A DNA stretch of 64,000 nucleotides from Octopus vulgaris (lineage: Eukaryota): the NCBI GenBank assembly GCA_951406725.2, contig OX597821.1:88350001-88414000 (forward strand). Direction: 5' to 3'. Of this stretch, positions 11,959 through 25,453 are shown one piece after another (positions within the stretch are counted from its first letter, which is position 1; each line of letters opens with the position of its first letter). Position numbers and translations under genes: made by a program. The notes under the pieces are model-generated. The model ran no database searches. It worked only from the letters and a program-made list of their open reading frames with translations, and was not told the DNA's origin.

Positions 11959-12439
11959 ACATACAAATACATACAGGCATACGTATTTGCAAACCCATTC
12001 CCCCTACACACACATACACACACATACATATACTTTTATTGTATCCTGCAAAACAATATAATGTGGAATGTTTACAAATTTATTAGATTCGTTTATTGGA
12101 AATTCTCACATCTTATCGGGAGAGGTTATCGGGTTCACTGCTGTGCTATTCTGACACGGCACTATGCATGCTTGTGTGTGTGTGTGTGTGTGAGCATGTG
12201 CGTGCACTCACACACACAGAGACACAAAGACACAGACACAAACACACACACACACACACACACACATATATGTATATATTATTCATCTGCGCAGGTACTT
12301 CCTGTGCACCAAATCTTAGTAAAATCATTGAAAATGCCTCATACAGATTCAGCTAATGGCAAAAAATGACTTGGGAACGTCAGGGGAACAGGTGCGGCTT
12401 GGTAGGTATTCCAGTGTATCTCAAGGTGGGCTCGGCCGT

Positions 12440-13630
12440 CAAACAATCTTCAAGAAAAAGTCAAAATAAACATCCTTTGAATTTTAGCTGTTGGAATGTG
12501 CGCACACGTCTTGAAAATTTCAACAAGAGACCAGAAAGGCAGTACTGCACTATTTGCATGTGAGCTTAAGAAATATTCCCTTGATATAGTTGCGCTCTCT
12601 GAAACTCGTCTTTCTGGTAAGGGTCAAGTAAATGAACCTACATGAACCGGGCGCCACTGCGTAGTACCAAGGACTCCAAATTTGCCATCAAGATGTAGGA
12701 CAAGATATTGTGATAGCCTGGGCTTCAGAGGCCCACAGCTTTCAATATCCTCCCGAAGAACCTAAGGGACCTGCATGGTGTAGATGCGGATGTCTTTAAA
12801 GTAGGACTGGATCGCTTCCTGTCAGGTGTCCCGGATGAACCAACTTCACGGCAGGAGGTGCAGATGAGGGCAGCTGCATCGAACTCTCTCATGCATCAGA
12901 TGGCGTTTGCTAAAAAGCATCCGTGAGGTAAAATCGTGTAGCAAACCAAATAGCGGTGCCCCAGCATGGCCACAGCTCATTAGCTGAAACTGGAAAAATC
13001 AAAAATCAAAATCATCAAAATCATATACTAGCTTTTGGAGAGGCCTAGCTAATGGTCAGCGTAGAGAATCTGATGTTGGGTTTGCACTAAATAATTCATT
13101 AGTATCCTCCATTTCAGAGCTTCCAAGTGGTATATCTGAACGAACCATGTTTCTTACCGTTGTCAGTGTTTATGCACCAACAATGTCCCATTCTGATGAA
13201 TCTGTACGACTGTTTTATGATGATCTAGCACAATTATTGGAGAAAGTACCAATTTCTGACAAGCTGGTCATGTTAGGAGATTTTAACGCAAGCGTTGGAA
13301 AGGATTACATTTCATGGCCTGTTTTAGGTCAACATGGGATTGGAAAATATAATAAAATGGAGTAGCTATTTTGACCTTTTGTACTGAGAATAATCTGGTT
13401 GTTAACAACACTCAGTTTAAGCAGAAAAATAAATATAAAACCACCTGGATGAAATCCAAGATCTAAGTACTGGCATCATATAGATTATATTTTGATCAGA
13501 AAACGTGATATGAAAGACGTTTCTAGATTTCGAACCATGAGAGGATCTGAGAGGTGGACTGACCATCGTTTAGTGCGTGGAAAAATAAATTTTTCGATAA
13601 TGCCTAAAAGTCGACAGTCTGGTCCTAAGG
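12440..13630 (+). pseudogene. Decayed RTE-clade LINE, AP-endonuclease domain, interrupted by a CR1-type insert
   Basis: CWNVRT, DIVALSETRL, VSVYAPT, VMLGDFNASVG, WHHIDYILIR, WTDHRLV across frameshifts. Confidence 0.88.
12643..13022 (+). mobile_element. 3' end of a second CR1/L2-type LINE subfamily nested in the RTE relic
   Basis: Encodes TGRHCVVP...[18 protein letters not shown]...VPDEPT...RAAASNSL, matching the C-terminus of the 6367-7785 ORF. Same 3' stem-loops but an (AAAATC)n tail. Confidence 0.88.
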
Positions 13631-14123
13631 TACCCACACGCACACCACTATAAGACGGACACCCCGCAAATAACTATCCCCACCATTTCCAACACATACC
13701 ACTTCACACAATTTATGTTCCCATATATACACAAACCCCCTCACACATACATTACACATTACACACCGCACGCTAATATAATCACCCCACGACATTATTC
13801 TTTACAGAATGAAAACAGACCAATGAACACAACTATATACACCTACATCCCCGGAAAAAATTGTACACATGACACTGATACATATACCACACACCCCATA
13901 CCATACACCCCATTTCCGCAGGGACACCACATTAATAATACACACTTTCTCTACTTCAAGATAACTCTTGCCAGGTTTACAACATACCCAACCAAGGGAC
14001 ATAACTCTTAACCCAATCCCCCAGACCTCTTTTTCCTTTCACCACTTCTTTCACAGCAACCGCTGACCGGTTGTGCTAATATCCTTCGACAATAGAGAGC
14101 TGTCACCATATTCCCTTCCATAT

Positions 14124-14217
14124 CGGCTAACTCTGATGAGCACAAAGTTATATAATTGGATTGTTACCCAACACTCCATTGTATTCTTTGCGCGAAACCG
14201 ATTGGTAAGATCAGCCG
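14124..14217 (+). ncRNA. Type I hammerhead ribozyme motif
   Basis: cggctaact-CTGATGA(14133-14139)-gcacaaag...ctttgcgc-GAA-ACCGATTGGT-A-agatcagccg. Helix II base 7/8 bp, GUA triplet at 14205-14207, helix I ct/ag plus cggct/agccg. Confidence 0.75.
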
Positions 14218-14268
14218 TGATGGATATTTAAGAGTATAAAATTCGGATGATATGTGTGTTTTTAGCGG

Positions 14269-14306
<38 letters not shown>

Positions 14307-15469
14307 GAAATAAGTAGATAAATAAATAAATAAATTTAAAGAGGTGCGCATGCATGGTTGTATGCTTAAAAAATTCAGATCGCAATTATGCTGTTTCGAG
14401 TTCCGTCTCACTGCAAGGCACTTTGACTAAATTTTTTCCAACAATATCCCCGATACAGCCAATTTCATGTGAGTGGATTTACAGGACGGAAAGCCACATG
14501 AGCAACCATGCTGTTTGAGATGTAGATTTTTTGCACTCCGTTTAAATATTCTTAGTCTCACCATCTGAAATACTTAAACAATATTAGAGGTGAGTTGAGA
14601 TAAACATGAAATATTTTCGATCGATTTACTTTCTAGTGTGAAAACAGGTATGAGAAACTGAAAGAGAATATACTTGGGTGTACACCCTACATCTACCCAT
14701 TCATTCGAGACTGGATTGAGAATATGCAAGTAGATGTTCGTATTCTTTCACAAGGAATCGATCAATGTATGTTTCTGATATGATGTCCTTTGTGTCAAAC
14801 TTTATGTCACGGATATACACCAATTTATTTGGCATCACTGTGACTATAGATATCAAAGAATCTCAAGGTTTTTCTGGAAACGAATAGAACACAGAGAAAT
14901 AAAAAAATGGGGCTAAACTAGATGTTCAATCCGTATGCCGTTCTAGGGTGATGTAAGCAACACGATCGTCATCAATTCATCTTCTCTATACGTGGAGGAA
15001 CAATGTTTGATCAGGTGACACAGAAAAGCAGGGAGATGAGAAGACACAGACATTCATCTTAGGTATGAAATGGGATACAAATGAATATTCCAGAAGATGT
15101 GTTGCAGTACCAACAGAATAAGCAGAGAAGTTAATTCACGTGCAGACCAGTGGTTTAGGCGCATTGTTGAGTGAAAACACATAAACACATTTGCGTTTTT
15201 TCCTATTCACCTAACCCCCCTATCTCTCGTTAGAGACAAAGAAGTCAGTATGAACATAATCTTGTACTTGTGCGTTTTACGATATCGTATTTCAATGCTT
15301 AACATTGTCAGATTGTTTGAGTCGTAGTACGAAATCAGATATTATTGTCTTACCAGAATTTCAATTCAGAAACATCTCTGTCTGTCTATCTGACTGTTTG
15401 TCAGTCAGTTTGTCTGTCCGTTTGTCTCTCCTTCTCTCTTCTCTCTTTCTCTCTCACATACATGTTATT

Positions 15470-15735
15470 AACGATCTGCTCATTGAATAAGTGAACAGAT
15501 GGTTGAGTATTCCACAGGTTGTTATATTTTTGATTTCATTCTCAAACTGAATCAGTGTGACACAGTGTAATGAAAGTGAATCTCTAAATAATGGATGCGA
15601 TCAATACAAAGGAATCCTGCATTTACCGTCTTAATTCCACTTACAAGATTTACAACATCTTCGAGAATATACCATTCAGTAAGATCCAACCTGGGACTTT
15701 ATGATTGTCAAGGAAACTTCTTTATCATACAGTTA
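15470..15735 (-). mobile_element. Old diverged SINE copy (SINE-A-like head, tail related to 17060-17200)
   Basis: Reverse complement TGTGTCACACTGA...CTGTGGAATACTCAACCA aligns with TGTGTCACGCTGA...CTGTGGAGTGCTCAGCCA at about 17087-17150. Confidence 0.45.
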
Positions 15736-15746
15736 TGACTGCTTCC

Positions 15747-15821
<75 letters not shown>

Positions 15822-16971
15822 CATAAACACATTTACACTAATATTCACACACAAACAAAAGCACAAACTCATATACACTCACATTCATACACACACACAG
15901 ACACACAGAAACACACACGCAGATATACATACACAGAAACGCTCACACTCACAGGATCAATGCCTATTTGTGTTGAAAACTCCCACATGTGGAAATCCTG
16001 TGATTTGATGTATCAGTACTTGCGACTCTCAATGTAACTTTTAATATATTTCATCGATTCAGCCCATCATTCCTTGGATTGTTTCCAGTTGTGATACAAG
16101 AAGTAATTTTCGTTGATAGACAATTTGTATAGGATTCTTTTCGATCCATTTAGGACATATTCTGCTACATTAGTTCCCTTATGTTACCATGATATGAACT
16201 AGCTGGCAATCATCATAGAGAAGGCAATACCAGCATTTCATTATATTGAAGACAATACATGTGTTGCATATAAAGCTATAATTTATACGTGTGTTTGGTT
16301 AACCAATTTAAACTAAACGAAATGCATTGCTATGTCTTCTTGACGGCCGATTCTCATAGAATATTAATATTTCTCATATGCATTAATATTCCCGGTAGCA
16401 GGAGATTGGTTGGGAGGTTGGGTGGGAGTAGAATTACTAATGCGTTGAACAAAATGCATTGCCGCTTTTAATTACATTTGTGTTTGTATTCCCCTTTTCT
16501 TCAGATTCTCATAGGGTAAACATTTCATTACATCATTGAGGGCTCGATAAAATATGTAATACTTAACTAGTGGGCTGCATTTAATTGAAACAAATACTCC
16601 TGTTTTTTTTTGCTTTTTTTAGAGTTAATACCACAAATTGACATATTGCTTATTTTAAAGTCAAGTGTTCAAGACTCATCGGATTGTAAATTTGCCACTT
16701 CGCCCGCAGCTCCGGCCCGCTACCGTGAGGCTGTAGTGAGGCTGAAGAGAACCTCGCGGTGTAGCCCACGTACACGTGGACGTAGGCGCGATCGATGCCG
16801 TCAGTAGTACATAGACCTAATCAATAATTGTATTAAATTAACATTATTACCAACCATCTTCCATTTTCTCGTTTTATCTATTTCACTTTATAAGGCTTTA
16901 TTTCTTTAAACACACATCAACTCCTGAAGCCTGTTGATTGAGATAATTTACTATTGGCTATCCAAGTGTTC

Positions 16972-17232
16972 TCCGGCAGGGAGTGGTGGTGAACCCTGCT
17001 GTACTCTTTCACCACAACTTTCTCTCACTCTTTCTTCCTGTTTCTCTTGTACCTGTATTTCAAAGGGCCAGCCTTGTCACATTCTGTGTGTCACGCTGAA
17101 TCTCCTCGAGAACTACGTTAAGGGTACACGTGTCTGTGGAGTGCTCAGCCACTTGCACGTTAATATCACGAGCAAGCTGTTCCGTTGATCGTATCAGCTG
17201 GGACCCTCATCGTCGCAACCGACGGAGTGCTC
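16972..17232 (+). mobile_element. 5'-truncated SINE (body shared with the 29779 element, different 3' tail)
   Basis: GGCAGGGAGTGGTGGTGAACCCTGCTGTACTCTTTCACCACAACTTTC matches about 29903-29950. 14-bp TSD with one mismatch at 16958-16971 and 17233-17246. Confidence 0.75.
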
Positions 17233-17784
17233 CTATTCAAGTGTTCACAAACTGCTCAGTCTTAAAAAGAGAATATAAATATTCATTAATTTCTTTTTCT
17301 CTTGATCATTGAAATTTAAAAAAATAGTGTACATATTTGCTATTATAGTAAATATCTGCAATAATATTTGACAGAAGAACATGCCTTCTTCACTTCGTAA
17401 ATATTGCAGGCCTAGTAGGCATGTGTCCATAGTATTGCTAAATCACAACCTTAAAGAAACAATGTTTCAACTCATTAATAACCTAACACCTAAGGATTCA
17501 AAGCGAAATGCAACAAAATCTAAAACGATCATTTTTCATGGAGTACACAAACACTGATAGAACTGCAACGCGAAGTTGAGCTAAAATAGTTAATCCTTAA
17601 TTAATTGCAGACGTGATCTGGTCAAAGCATATCAGCGACCTGTTTGGAATAATGCTCCTTAATACTGTATTCAGTTCTTGGAAGAAAGAGTGCCGTGACG
17701 TGAACTCACCTTTCAGGATGCCTAAGTAGAGATAAAACATCTGAGAAAAAAAGTGATGTTATGCGTCTACAAAATTATAGTAAA

Positions 17785-18182
17785 CTAGCAGTATCGCCCG
17801 GCGTTGCTCGGGTTTGTAAGGGAAATAACAATATAAGCATTTTTAGAGATGTAAAGTATAATAGCCATCTCAATATGGCTAACCACAAGGGGGGTGGTTA
17901 CTGTAGCTTTTTACGTTCTGAGATTTAATAATACATTTTTAGAGAGTTACTTCCCTTATATAATAGCAAAAAAATTGCATTAAAAATAGGAAAAATGATG
18001 GTAATTTTTTTTTTAAATCGTAGACTCATCGTAGATGCGCGCTAATACCCAGAAGGGCTCGATATGAATCACGGCTATAAGATACCCGGTTTTGGTTACA
18101 CTGCACCGCAAAATGTGGGAGTAGTTAGGAATCTAAATCGTAGGAGACAGACAGCACACAACCTCACTTTTATATATAAAGA
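17785..18182 (-). mobile_element. Non-autonomous Helitron (same family as 3663-4059)
   Basis: 5' TC and 3' hairpin plus CTAG on minus, A|T insertion site, high similarity to 3663-4059. Confidence 0.88.
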
Positions 18183-19160
18183 TGTCACAAACAAAAACGA
18201 TTAGTTAGTGTACAGAAACACTAACACAATACATTAAAAACATTACGTCTAATGCATTGCTTCTGTTATTACTGAGACTATTCCTACAGACGCCCTGTTT
18301 TAAAAAGTTAAGTGGCATATGACAAATACCTAAGCTCACGCAATGCATTTACATCTCTCCCTTCTTCATTGTTATTCATACTCAACACTAAACCCTATAC
18401 TGAACATTTCATTATTTCATTCCTCCTTTCAACAACACTTTGGAACTGTACCTCTAACAATATTCTCTCACTAATCTTAGCCTTCAGATTTTCAAGTTTA
18501 TTAGCAATTAATATATTTTAGATGGTGTATTATAGAAGGTTAAATGTAATGATTTCCGGGCTATTAAAATACTGAAGAAACTACTATTTAGTATTTATAC
18601 TTTAAATTTTGTTTCAGTTAATGAACTATCACTTTGTAGATGAGTATTTATTTACAACGACTGCCTCACTGACCCATTGTTAACTGCTTTTCTAATAAAG
18701 ATTTTATTGATATTCCGGGCCACAAGTATTTGCCGAGGTTGCTTTAGACCATAAAGATTAGATTAACACAAATTTGAAGTCTCAGAGACACACGTACATA
18801 GGGATTGAATGAATAGGTGTATTTACTGCGGAACTGAAGTTTACTCAATAAAGAAAAGAAATCTTAAATAATTTAATAGTTAAAGCTTCTTGAATCGTTA
18901 GTCTGAGTTTCATATTTTCGGATATTCAATGATTGAAAAAGATAAGCAGTGTACCAGTAGTTAAGTAAAAACAAACATAAACACATTGACATAAGATTAG
19001 TCAACGAAAATTGATTGCATGTCAAAAACCCTTTAGAAAATGCATGACATTTATGCAGCTGTTATATGCAGGACACGTTACACGTACATCGATTCTCGTA
19101 GGAAACATCTGTTTTAATGCCTTCAGTATCATATTGACAACTACGCACAAGAGAGGAAAC

Positions 19161-19600
19161 TCTCTTTACTCTTTACTCTTTTACTCTTTTACTCTTTTAC
19201 TTGTTTCAGTCATTTGACTGCGGCCATGCTGGAGCACCGCCTTTAGTCGAGCAAATCGACCCCGGGACTTATTCCTTGTAAGCCCAGCACTTATTCTATC
19301 GGTCTCTTTTGCCGAACCGCTAAGTAACGGGGACGTAAACACACCAGCATCGGTTGTCAAGCAATGCTAGGGGGACAAACACAGACACACAAACATATAC
19401 ACACACATACATATATATACATATATATACATATATACAACATGCTTCTTTCAGTTTCCGTCTACCAAATCCACTCACAAGGCATTGGTCGGCCCGGGGC
19501 TATAGCAGAAGACACTAGCCCAAGGTGCAACGCAGTGGGACTGAACCCGGAACCATGTGGTTTGTTAGAAAGCTACTTACCACACAGCCACTCCTACGCC
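19161..19600 (-). mobile_element. SINE-A, full length (tRNA head, internal TA/CA microsatellite, LINE-derived tail)
   Basis: Head with A box TGGCTGTGTGG and B box GGTTCAGTCCC. Tail GGCGGTGCTCCAGCATGGCCGCAGTCAAATGACTGAAAC-(AAAAGAGT)n. Confidence 0.92.
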
Positions 19601-19890
19601 TATAGGAAAGGTGGTTAATGCTATTAGTTTTAGAGTTGATGAATAATACATTGACTTCTTTTTAACTATATCACCTCTTGCATTTTAACAAACGCATTTT
19701 ACTGGAAAATGATTTCGCTGCTTCATATTTGGCCATTTCCCGCCTTTGTTTCTTAAATCATAAAAATCTAATTTCTCTCCACCTTCTGTCAAAAATCAGA
19801 GGTAGGGCAAAGATTCACCACCTTCTTGTAATATTTCTTCTATTTAACTCTATTTTTTTTAGAAACTTCGCCATGTTGAAAAACGCCATA

Positions 19891-20555
19891 TCTATCTATA
19901 TACTATTAAAACTCTGTGAATATTTGCTTGCATGCTTGTTTGTAATGTAATACAGCAAAACCGGCGCATAATGGGAAAATACTCTGAAAGTAAGGTAACC
20001 TTGAAATGTGAATGCAAATAGAATAAAACAAGTTTCGCGTAAATCGGACAACGGATTCCTGAGATACGCAGTGTTTTGGGGTTTGCTTTCACAAATTTAA
20101 GCAGTAAAACCTGAGGTTATTGCCCTTTACTGAGAAGACCTGGATAGTTTTGTTTGCGTGCTTGCTTGTGTGCTTGGTTGTCTGCAATTTATTACAGCCA
20201 AACCAGCGCATAATGGGAAAATTCTCTGAAAGTAAGTTGCCCCTGAAATGGGAATACAAACGGAATAAGACAAGTTTCTCATAAATCGGACCACAGGTTC
20301 CAGAGATACGCGGTTTTTTCGGGTACCTTTATCATTGCCTGCCGCGTGCTTGCTTGCTTGTGCGTGTGGTTGTTTGTAATTTAATACAACCAAACCAGCG
20401 AACAATGAGAAAATACCCTGAATGTATGATAACATTGAAATGTGAATGCAAACGGAATAAAAGTTTCTCATAAATCGGGCAACGGGTTCCTGATATACGC
20501 GGTTTTTCCGGTACCTTGAATTGTTAATGACCCCAACGGGTCAGAGGTAGTCTAG
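19891..20555 (+). mobile_element. Non-autonomous Helitron with three internal diverged repeats of about 170-190 bp
   Basis: Starts TCTATCTATATACTATTAAAA, ends TGACCC-CAAC-GGGTCA hairpin then CTAG|T. Internal units near 19925, 20155 and 20345. Confidence 0.78.
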
Positions 20556-21947
20556 TAAAGAGATAAAACTGGTTCACCTAACGCTGTTGCTTACCTTGTT
20601 TACCCCGGCTGCTGGTACTGCTCTGGTTTAAAATTTCGATTAAACTTTACGGAATAATCGAATAATGTTTCGCTATGAAGTGTCCAATTCTTTGTTTTTT
20701 TTTTCTTAATACTTCTAAATGTTCATTCTGTGAGATAATTTGATTTCGAGAGTTTTTATTGTTTGTAGTTTGTGAAATGTGTGATTTTGCTTATTTTCAA
20801 TTTTCTATTTGATGGTATGGTTCAGAATATTCAAAACCATGTTTTGTATGCGCATGGCCAATGTAAGAAAAAATTGAAGTGTGCAAAACGAAAGAAAAGG
20901 GAAATTAATACATTCAACCTTTTCTTTTGTCAAAATTGTAGGAGTCCGGTTTTGTGGGTGAGTAAGTTTAGTAAACAATCGATTTACTCTAATCAATCGC
21001 TTCAAAGGTTGGCGAGATACGTGGTGAATAATACTAACAACGACAACAACATCATCAACAGAAGCAACAGTAGTAACCAAACCTTCAACAGCAACTACAA
21101 CAACAATAACAACAACAACATGAACAATAGTATGTCATTAAATTTGGAACTACACAGGCATTATTATTTATCTACTCAATATAAATAAAACTTAAAAGCA
21201 CATTATAAGTTTGCATAAAATATTTAATAAAATCAATGAGGTTTTCGTTATATGTAAGTATCAGGCATTACATTAGATATAGATCTATATATTACCAGCT
21301 CCAACAGGATTTTCAAAATTGTTATTATTCAATGCTATAATTTATTGATGGTTATTAGACGTCAAAATCCGTGTATATTCACAAACGTTTGATGATATGA
21401 AGATAATTTTTACATTTGTTGCAATATTATATATCTTGTTTTATATCATTTAGCTATAATAACTCTAGTTTAGTTTAATTTATCAAAGGTATTATTTCTA
21501 TCATCTACATGACTATGCCCTTTCAAATAATGCACGAAATCTAAAATCCACTAAGCGATTAAAACTAATTAATGTCGATAGATTATCAAGAGGCAGCTTT
21601 GTGGAAACATTGAAAATTCTGAAATTGGGATGTCTTATGTATATAAAAAGGTTTCATATATAAGACAAAAGCATCTTTTATATAAACTGCTTGCATTTTT
21701 GAGTTCTTAAACGGATAATATTCCGGTAGTTTTCACATTTTAAGTAGATACAGAAATATACACACGACACACCGCATAAATTCACCCGAAGTTTGCATGA
21801 GGGTAATCGTTTAAGGTAATCGTACAAGAGGTATTCTGTTACCCGATCCAACTTTTATTTCTTCTTTGGATTGTGGGTGTTTGTGTGTGCGTCACTTTGT
21901 ATGTGTGTTTGTGCGCGTGCGGGGGTGTATATACATATATATATATA

Positions 21948-21986
<39 letters not shown>

Positions 21987-22137
21987 AGAAATATCAAATA
22001 GTGCAATACAGTAGTATTGCTTCCCAGTAAAAGAAAGCACCATCAGGTTAAAGTATAAATAAGATAGTGGTACAACAATGCACCAGTATTTACTGGAAAT
22101 AGCAGTCGATAATATACGACGCTATAGTAGAGCTTCA

Positions 22138-22196
<59 letters not shown>

Positions 22197-22286
22197 AGCA
22201 AATACGCAAGCGAACGGTGAACATAAAAAAATATTCATCGTATCTGTAGGAAAAACATTAAATAAATGTATAACCCAGATGTAGAT

Positions 22287-22362
22287 AACCTAGGACCTAG
22301 GTTTCGAACTTACCAAATTACGTTTTTTAGCGTAAATTTGATTAGTTCTCATCGGCTAGATT
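22287..22362 (-). ncRNA. Type I hammerhead ribozyme motif (U4C core)
   Basis: Minus strand: aatctag-CCGATGA-gaact.atcaaatt.tacg/cgta.aatttggt.agttc-GAA-ACCTAGGT-C-ctaggtt. Helix I 7 bp (one G-U), long helix II, 8-nt palindromic helix III, GUC triplet. Confidence 0.82.
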
Positions 22363-22788
22363 CACCTAGACAAAATCTCATATGTCGCTACATCAATGCC
22401 AGTATATACTCGTCTGAAACGTCTAGCCGTTAACAGACCGAGAACAGTAAAAAAGTTTTCAAAGAAGTATCGTGTTGCAGTTATCGTATGTTCTTGTATA
22501 TCATCTATTTTGTATTCAGGTAAACACGTCAAATGCTTTTAAGAACTTCTCATATTCAACCACCTTCCACTACAAGTATCAGAATCAGACTATGCAGTAA
22601 ATATATATATATATGCCTATATACATACGTATGCCTATATACATCCATTCAAGTATTTGGACTCACGTGGACGAGTTCCTGGATTGGGTTAATAGCCTGA
22701 CCTTCCTTAGCACGCGTTACCATGATAGAGAGCCCCAACCCACCACGTTGAAGTCTGTGCTGCAACTGATTCCTATATGTATATAAAT

Positions 22789-22829
<41 letters not shown>

Positions 22830-22950
22830 CTCTCTCTCTCTCTCTCATATGAAGATATATAAAGAATACACTTATATTAAAATATATAAAGAAAACATTT
22901 ATATATATGTATATGCACTGTAGTTATTAATGTATATATAATTAAAAATA

Positions 22951-23047
22951 AGTACCAGTTACGCACTGGGGTCGATGTAATCGACTTACTTCGTTTGTCT
23001 GTCCTTGCTTGTCCCTTCTGTGTGTAACCCCTTGTGGGTAGTAAAGA
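22951..23047 (+). mobile_element. 5'-truncated SINE-C with TSD
   Basis: SINE-C 3' half flanked by AATGTATA(TA)TAATTAAAAATA at 22929-22950 and 23048-23067. Confidence 0.85.
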
Positions 23048-23070
23048 AATGTATATAATTAAAAATATCA

Positions 23071-23115
<45 letters not shown>

Positions 23116-23468
23116 TACGGGGCATTGGTCTAGGTGCTGGCTAATGGCAATTTTCCTAGTTGAGGAGTCCGGGATTTATTGTCTGTGCACCGTAAGTCTA
23201 TCTCTTCTTCTCTTCATCATCACACTCCCTATCTCTCTCCTTTTACCTCACTTGTGCTACATACACGCACAATCCATGACCCCAGTACTAGGGTGAGATT
23301 GATGCTAACCTTCTCCCATCCGCTTGCCTTTTGCTTGCTGTCTTTTTAGGAATATGGATTTAGTAGGGGGGAGAGGAGTCCAAGACACCTCGCCCCACCT
23401 CTCTCTCTCTATATATATATAAACTCTCTTTCTTTCGGTCTCTTGCTCTCTCTGTGTCCGTCTCTCTC

Positions 23469-23528
<60 letters not shown>

Positions 23529-23578
23529 CACACATATATATATATATACATGTACATATATATATATATATATATATG

Positions 23579-23617
<39 letters not shown>

Positions 23618-24034
23618 GTATGTATTATGTATGTATATCAAAGCAGGAAAATTTTAAATTTGTTTGTATTATTTACACTATTTATTCACCTTTTCACCTG
23701 TTTCGTTTGGTAAAAGGAATTACGAAATTGCACATGTAGAAGAAAACAGGTGTGATATCTCCTATTATAAATTCTTCAGATAGAAGATTTTCTGACACAC
23801 ACAAAAACAGCCACACATATATGTTTCTAACACACACATACACACACACATACACACATATACATATATATATATATATATTAGAAATTCTAACTGAAGG
23901 ATTTCTAATACGCGATATCTTACGTGTTTTATTTCTACGTATGCAATTTTGTAATTCCTATTACCAAATGAAACAGGTGAATAGTGAATAAGTAGTATAA
24001 ACAATAGCAGCAAATTTTCAATTATATTACTTTG

Positions 24035-24079
<45 letters not shown>

Positions 24080-24406
24080 GAGGGAGAGAGAGAGAGAGAG
24101 AGTTTGAAGTGATGTACAGATGTTGTATATTTAGAATAATAAGGTAGTCAGAATGCTGGATGAATATAGATATATTTTATTTACCTTTTAGTTACATCTT
24201 TAGCGCTTTCTTCAGTTATCGAATTTATTAAAAAGTGGTTTAGAGTTAGATCTCTTGTCCTTTTTATACAAACTTAGACTTAGAAACAAAGATTGGTCCA
24301 GGCCATGTCTAACTTAATAGCACCACTTGATAGGATTATCTAATTCCTGTTTAAGTCAAGTTTTGTTTATGCTCCATTCAAGTAGTGAGTTCTTGCTGAG
24401 TGAGTT

Positions 24407-24875
24407 AAAAAAAACTTGTGAAATTGCCAAGCAAGGGAGATGAAAGAAGAAGAGATTTTTTGGTATGGTCAGACTTGTTTTTTTTAGTACTTAATGGCGT
24501 ATTAGGGTGGGGGAAGGAAAAGGGATTTTTGAACTCAAGAATCACTCTTTAGTAAACATCTAGAATTTCGATCCAAAAAGAAATTGACCACATCTATACA
24601 ATTATTTTTTAATGCATACAAACGAACACAACCTGGAAATGCAATTATAATTTTTACTGAAGAAAGTCAAAAACAATATCTGGTTTTTCACTGAAAACTT
24701 TGACCTATTCAAATACAAAAATTGTTTTTCTTCCCTACCTTTAAAGGCCACTGTATTAAACAGAAAAGTTTGACCATAATAATACAAAAACCACGCCTCT
24801 TTACCTTCCCCTCCTTCTCAAAAAAAATGTTTTCTACTTTTTTCTCCCATGCTTGGCAACCCCAACAATTTTTTT
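24407..24875. mobile_element. Degenerate foldback/MITE with long imperfect inverted arms
   Basis: TTGCCAAGCAAGGGAGA (24424) vs TCTCCCATGCTTGGCAA (about 24843-24859). TATGGTCAGACTT (24463) vs AAGTTTGACCATA (about 24766). GGGGAAGGAAA vs TTTTCTTCCC. Confidence 0.5.
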
Positions 24876-25411
24876 ATATATAAAAAGGCCAAGAAATTTA
24901 ACTGTAAACCACATTTTGATAAATTCTATAACGGAAGAAAGCGCTGTTTCGTAAAAAATGTAGATAAAAAAATATATGTAATCATCCAACATTCTGACTA
25001 CATTCTTCTAAATATAGTTATATATATATGCATATACATGAATATCGAACAATGAGAACGAGTGCTCAGCACCTCACTCATGGTTAACATCTCTTTATTT
25101 TTGTATTAAGGCTAGGATTGGTTTCATGTTTAAAAGAATGACTCAATATCTTAACGTTTCAAGCCGATCCCACGGAGGAATGGTGTCGCCTTCATTTTGG
25201 ATGAAAACACGATAAATCTATATACATAGACATACATACATACAAACACCGACCCAAAATACAGAGACACACACACGCGTGTGCATGTGCGCACACATAT
25301 TTATAATACTTGACAATTACGCATCAATATCTTCATATAAATATATAAATACGCGTATATATAAATATGTATGTATATATATATAAACATGTATAAAGTA
25401 TATATAATTAA

Positions 25412-25453
<42 letters not shown>

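Noticed and set aside
13193-13200. CTGATGA matches at 13193, 51462, 58587 and 10370(-)
   Set aside because: No correctly placed helix II, GAAA and helix III/UH; treated as chance heptamers.
16690-16810. Short GC-rich island
   Set aside because: No ORF similarity, repeat partner or convincing structure; cannot assign.
19925-20518. Regularly spaced repeats as a CRISPR array
   Set aside because: Units are long, diverged and contiguous without unique spacers; eukaryotic context, no cas genes.
20772-21188. 138-aa ORF
   Set aside because: AT-rich with an (AAC)n-derived Asn run and no recognisable domain.
23118-23398. 280-bp unique block between microsatellites with weak terminal complementarity (GGGGC...GCCCC)
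   Set aside because: The TIR is too imperfect, with no TSD and no second copy.
25150-25205. GAAACGTT on minus resembling the mini hammerhead end
   Set aside because: No recognisable CUGANGA core or consistent helix II.
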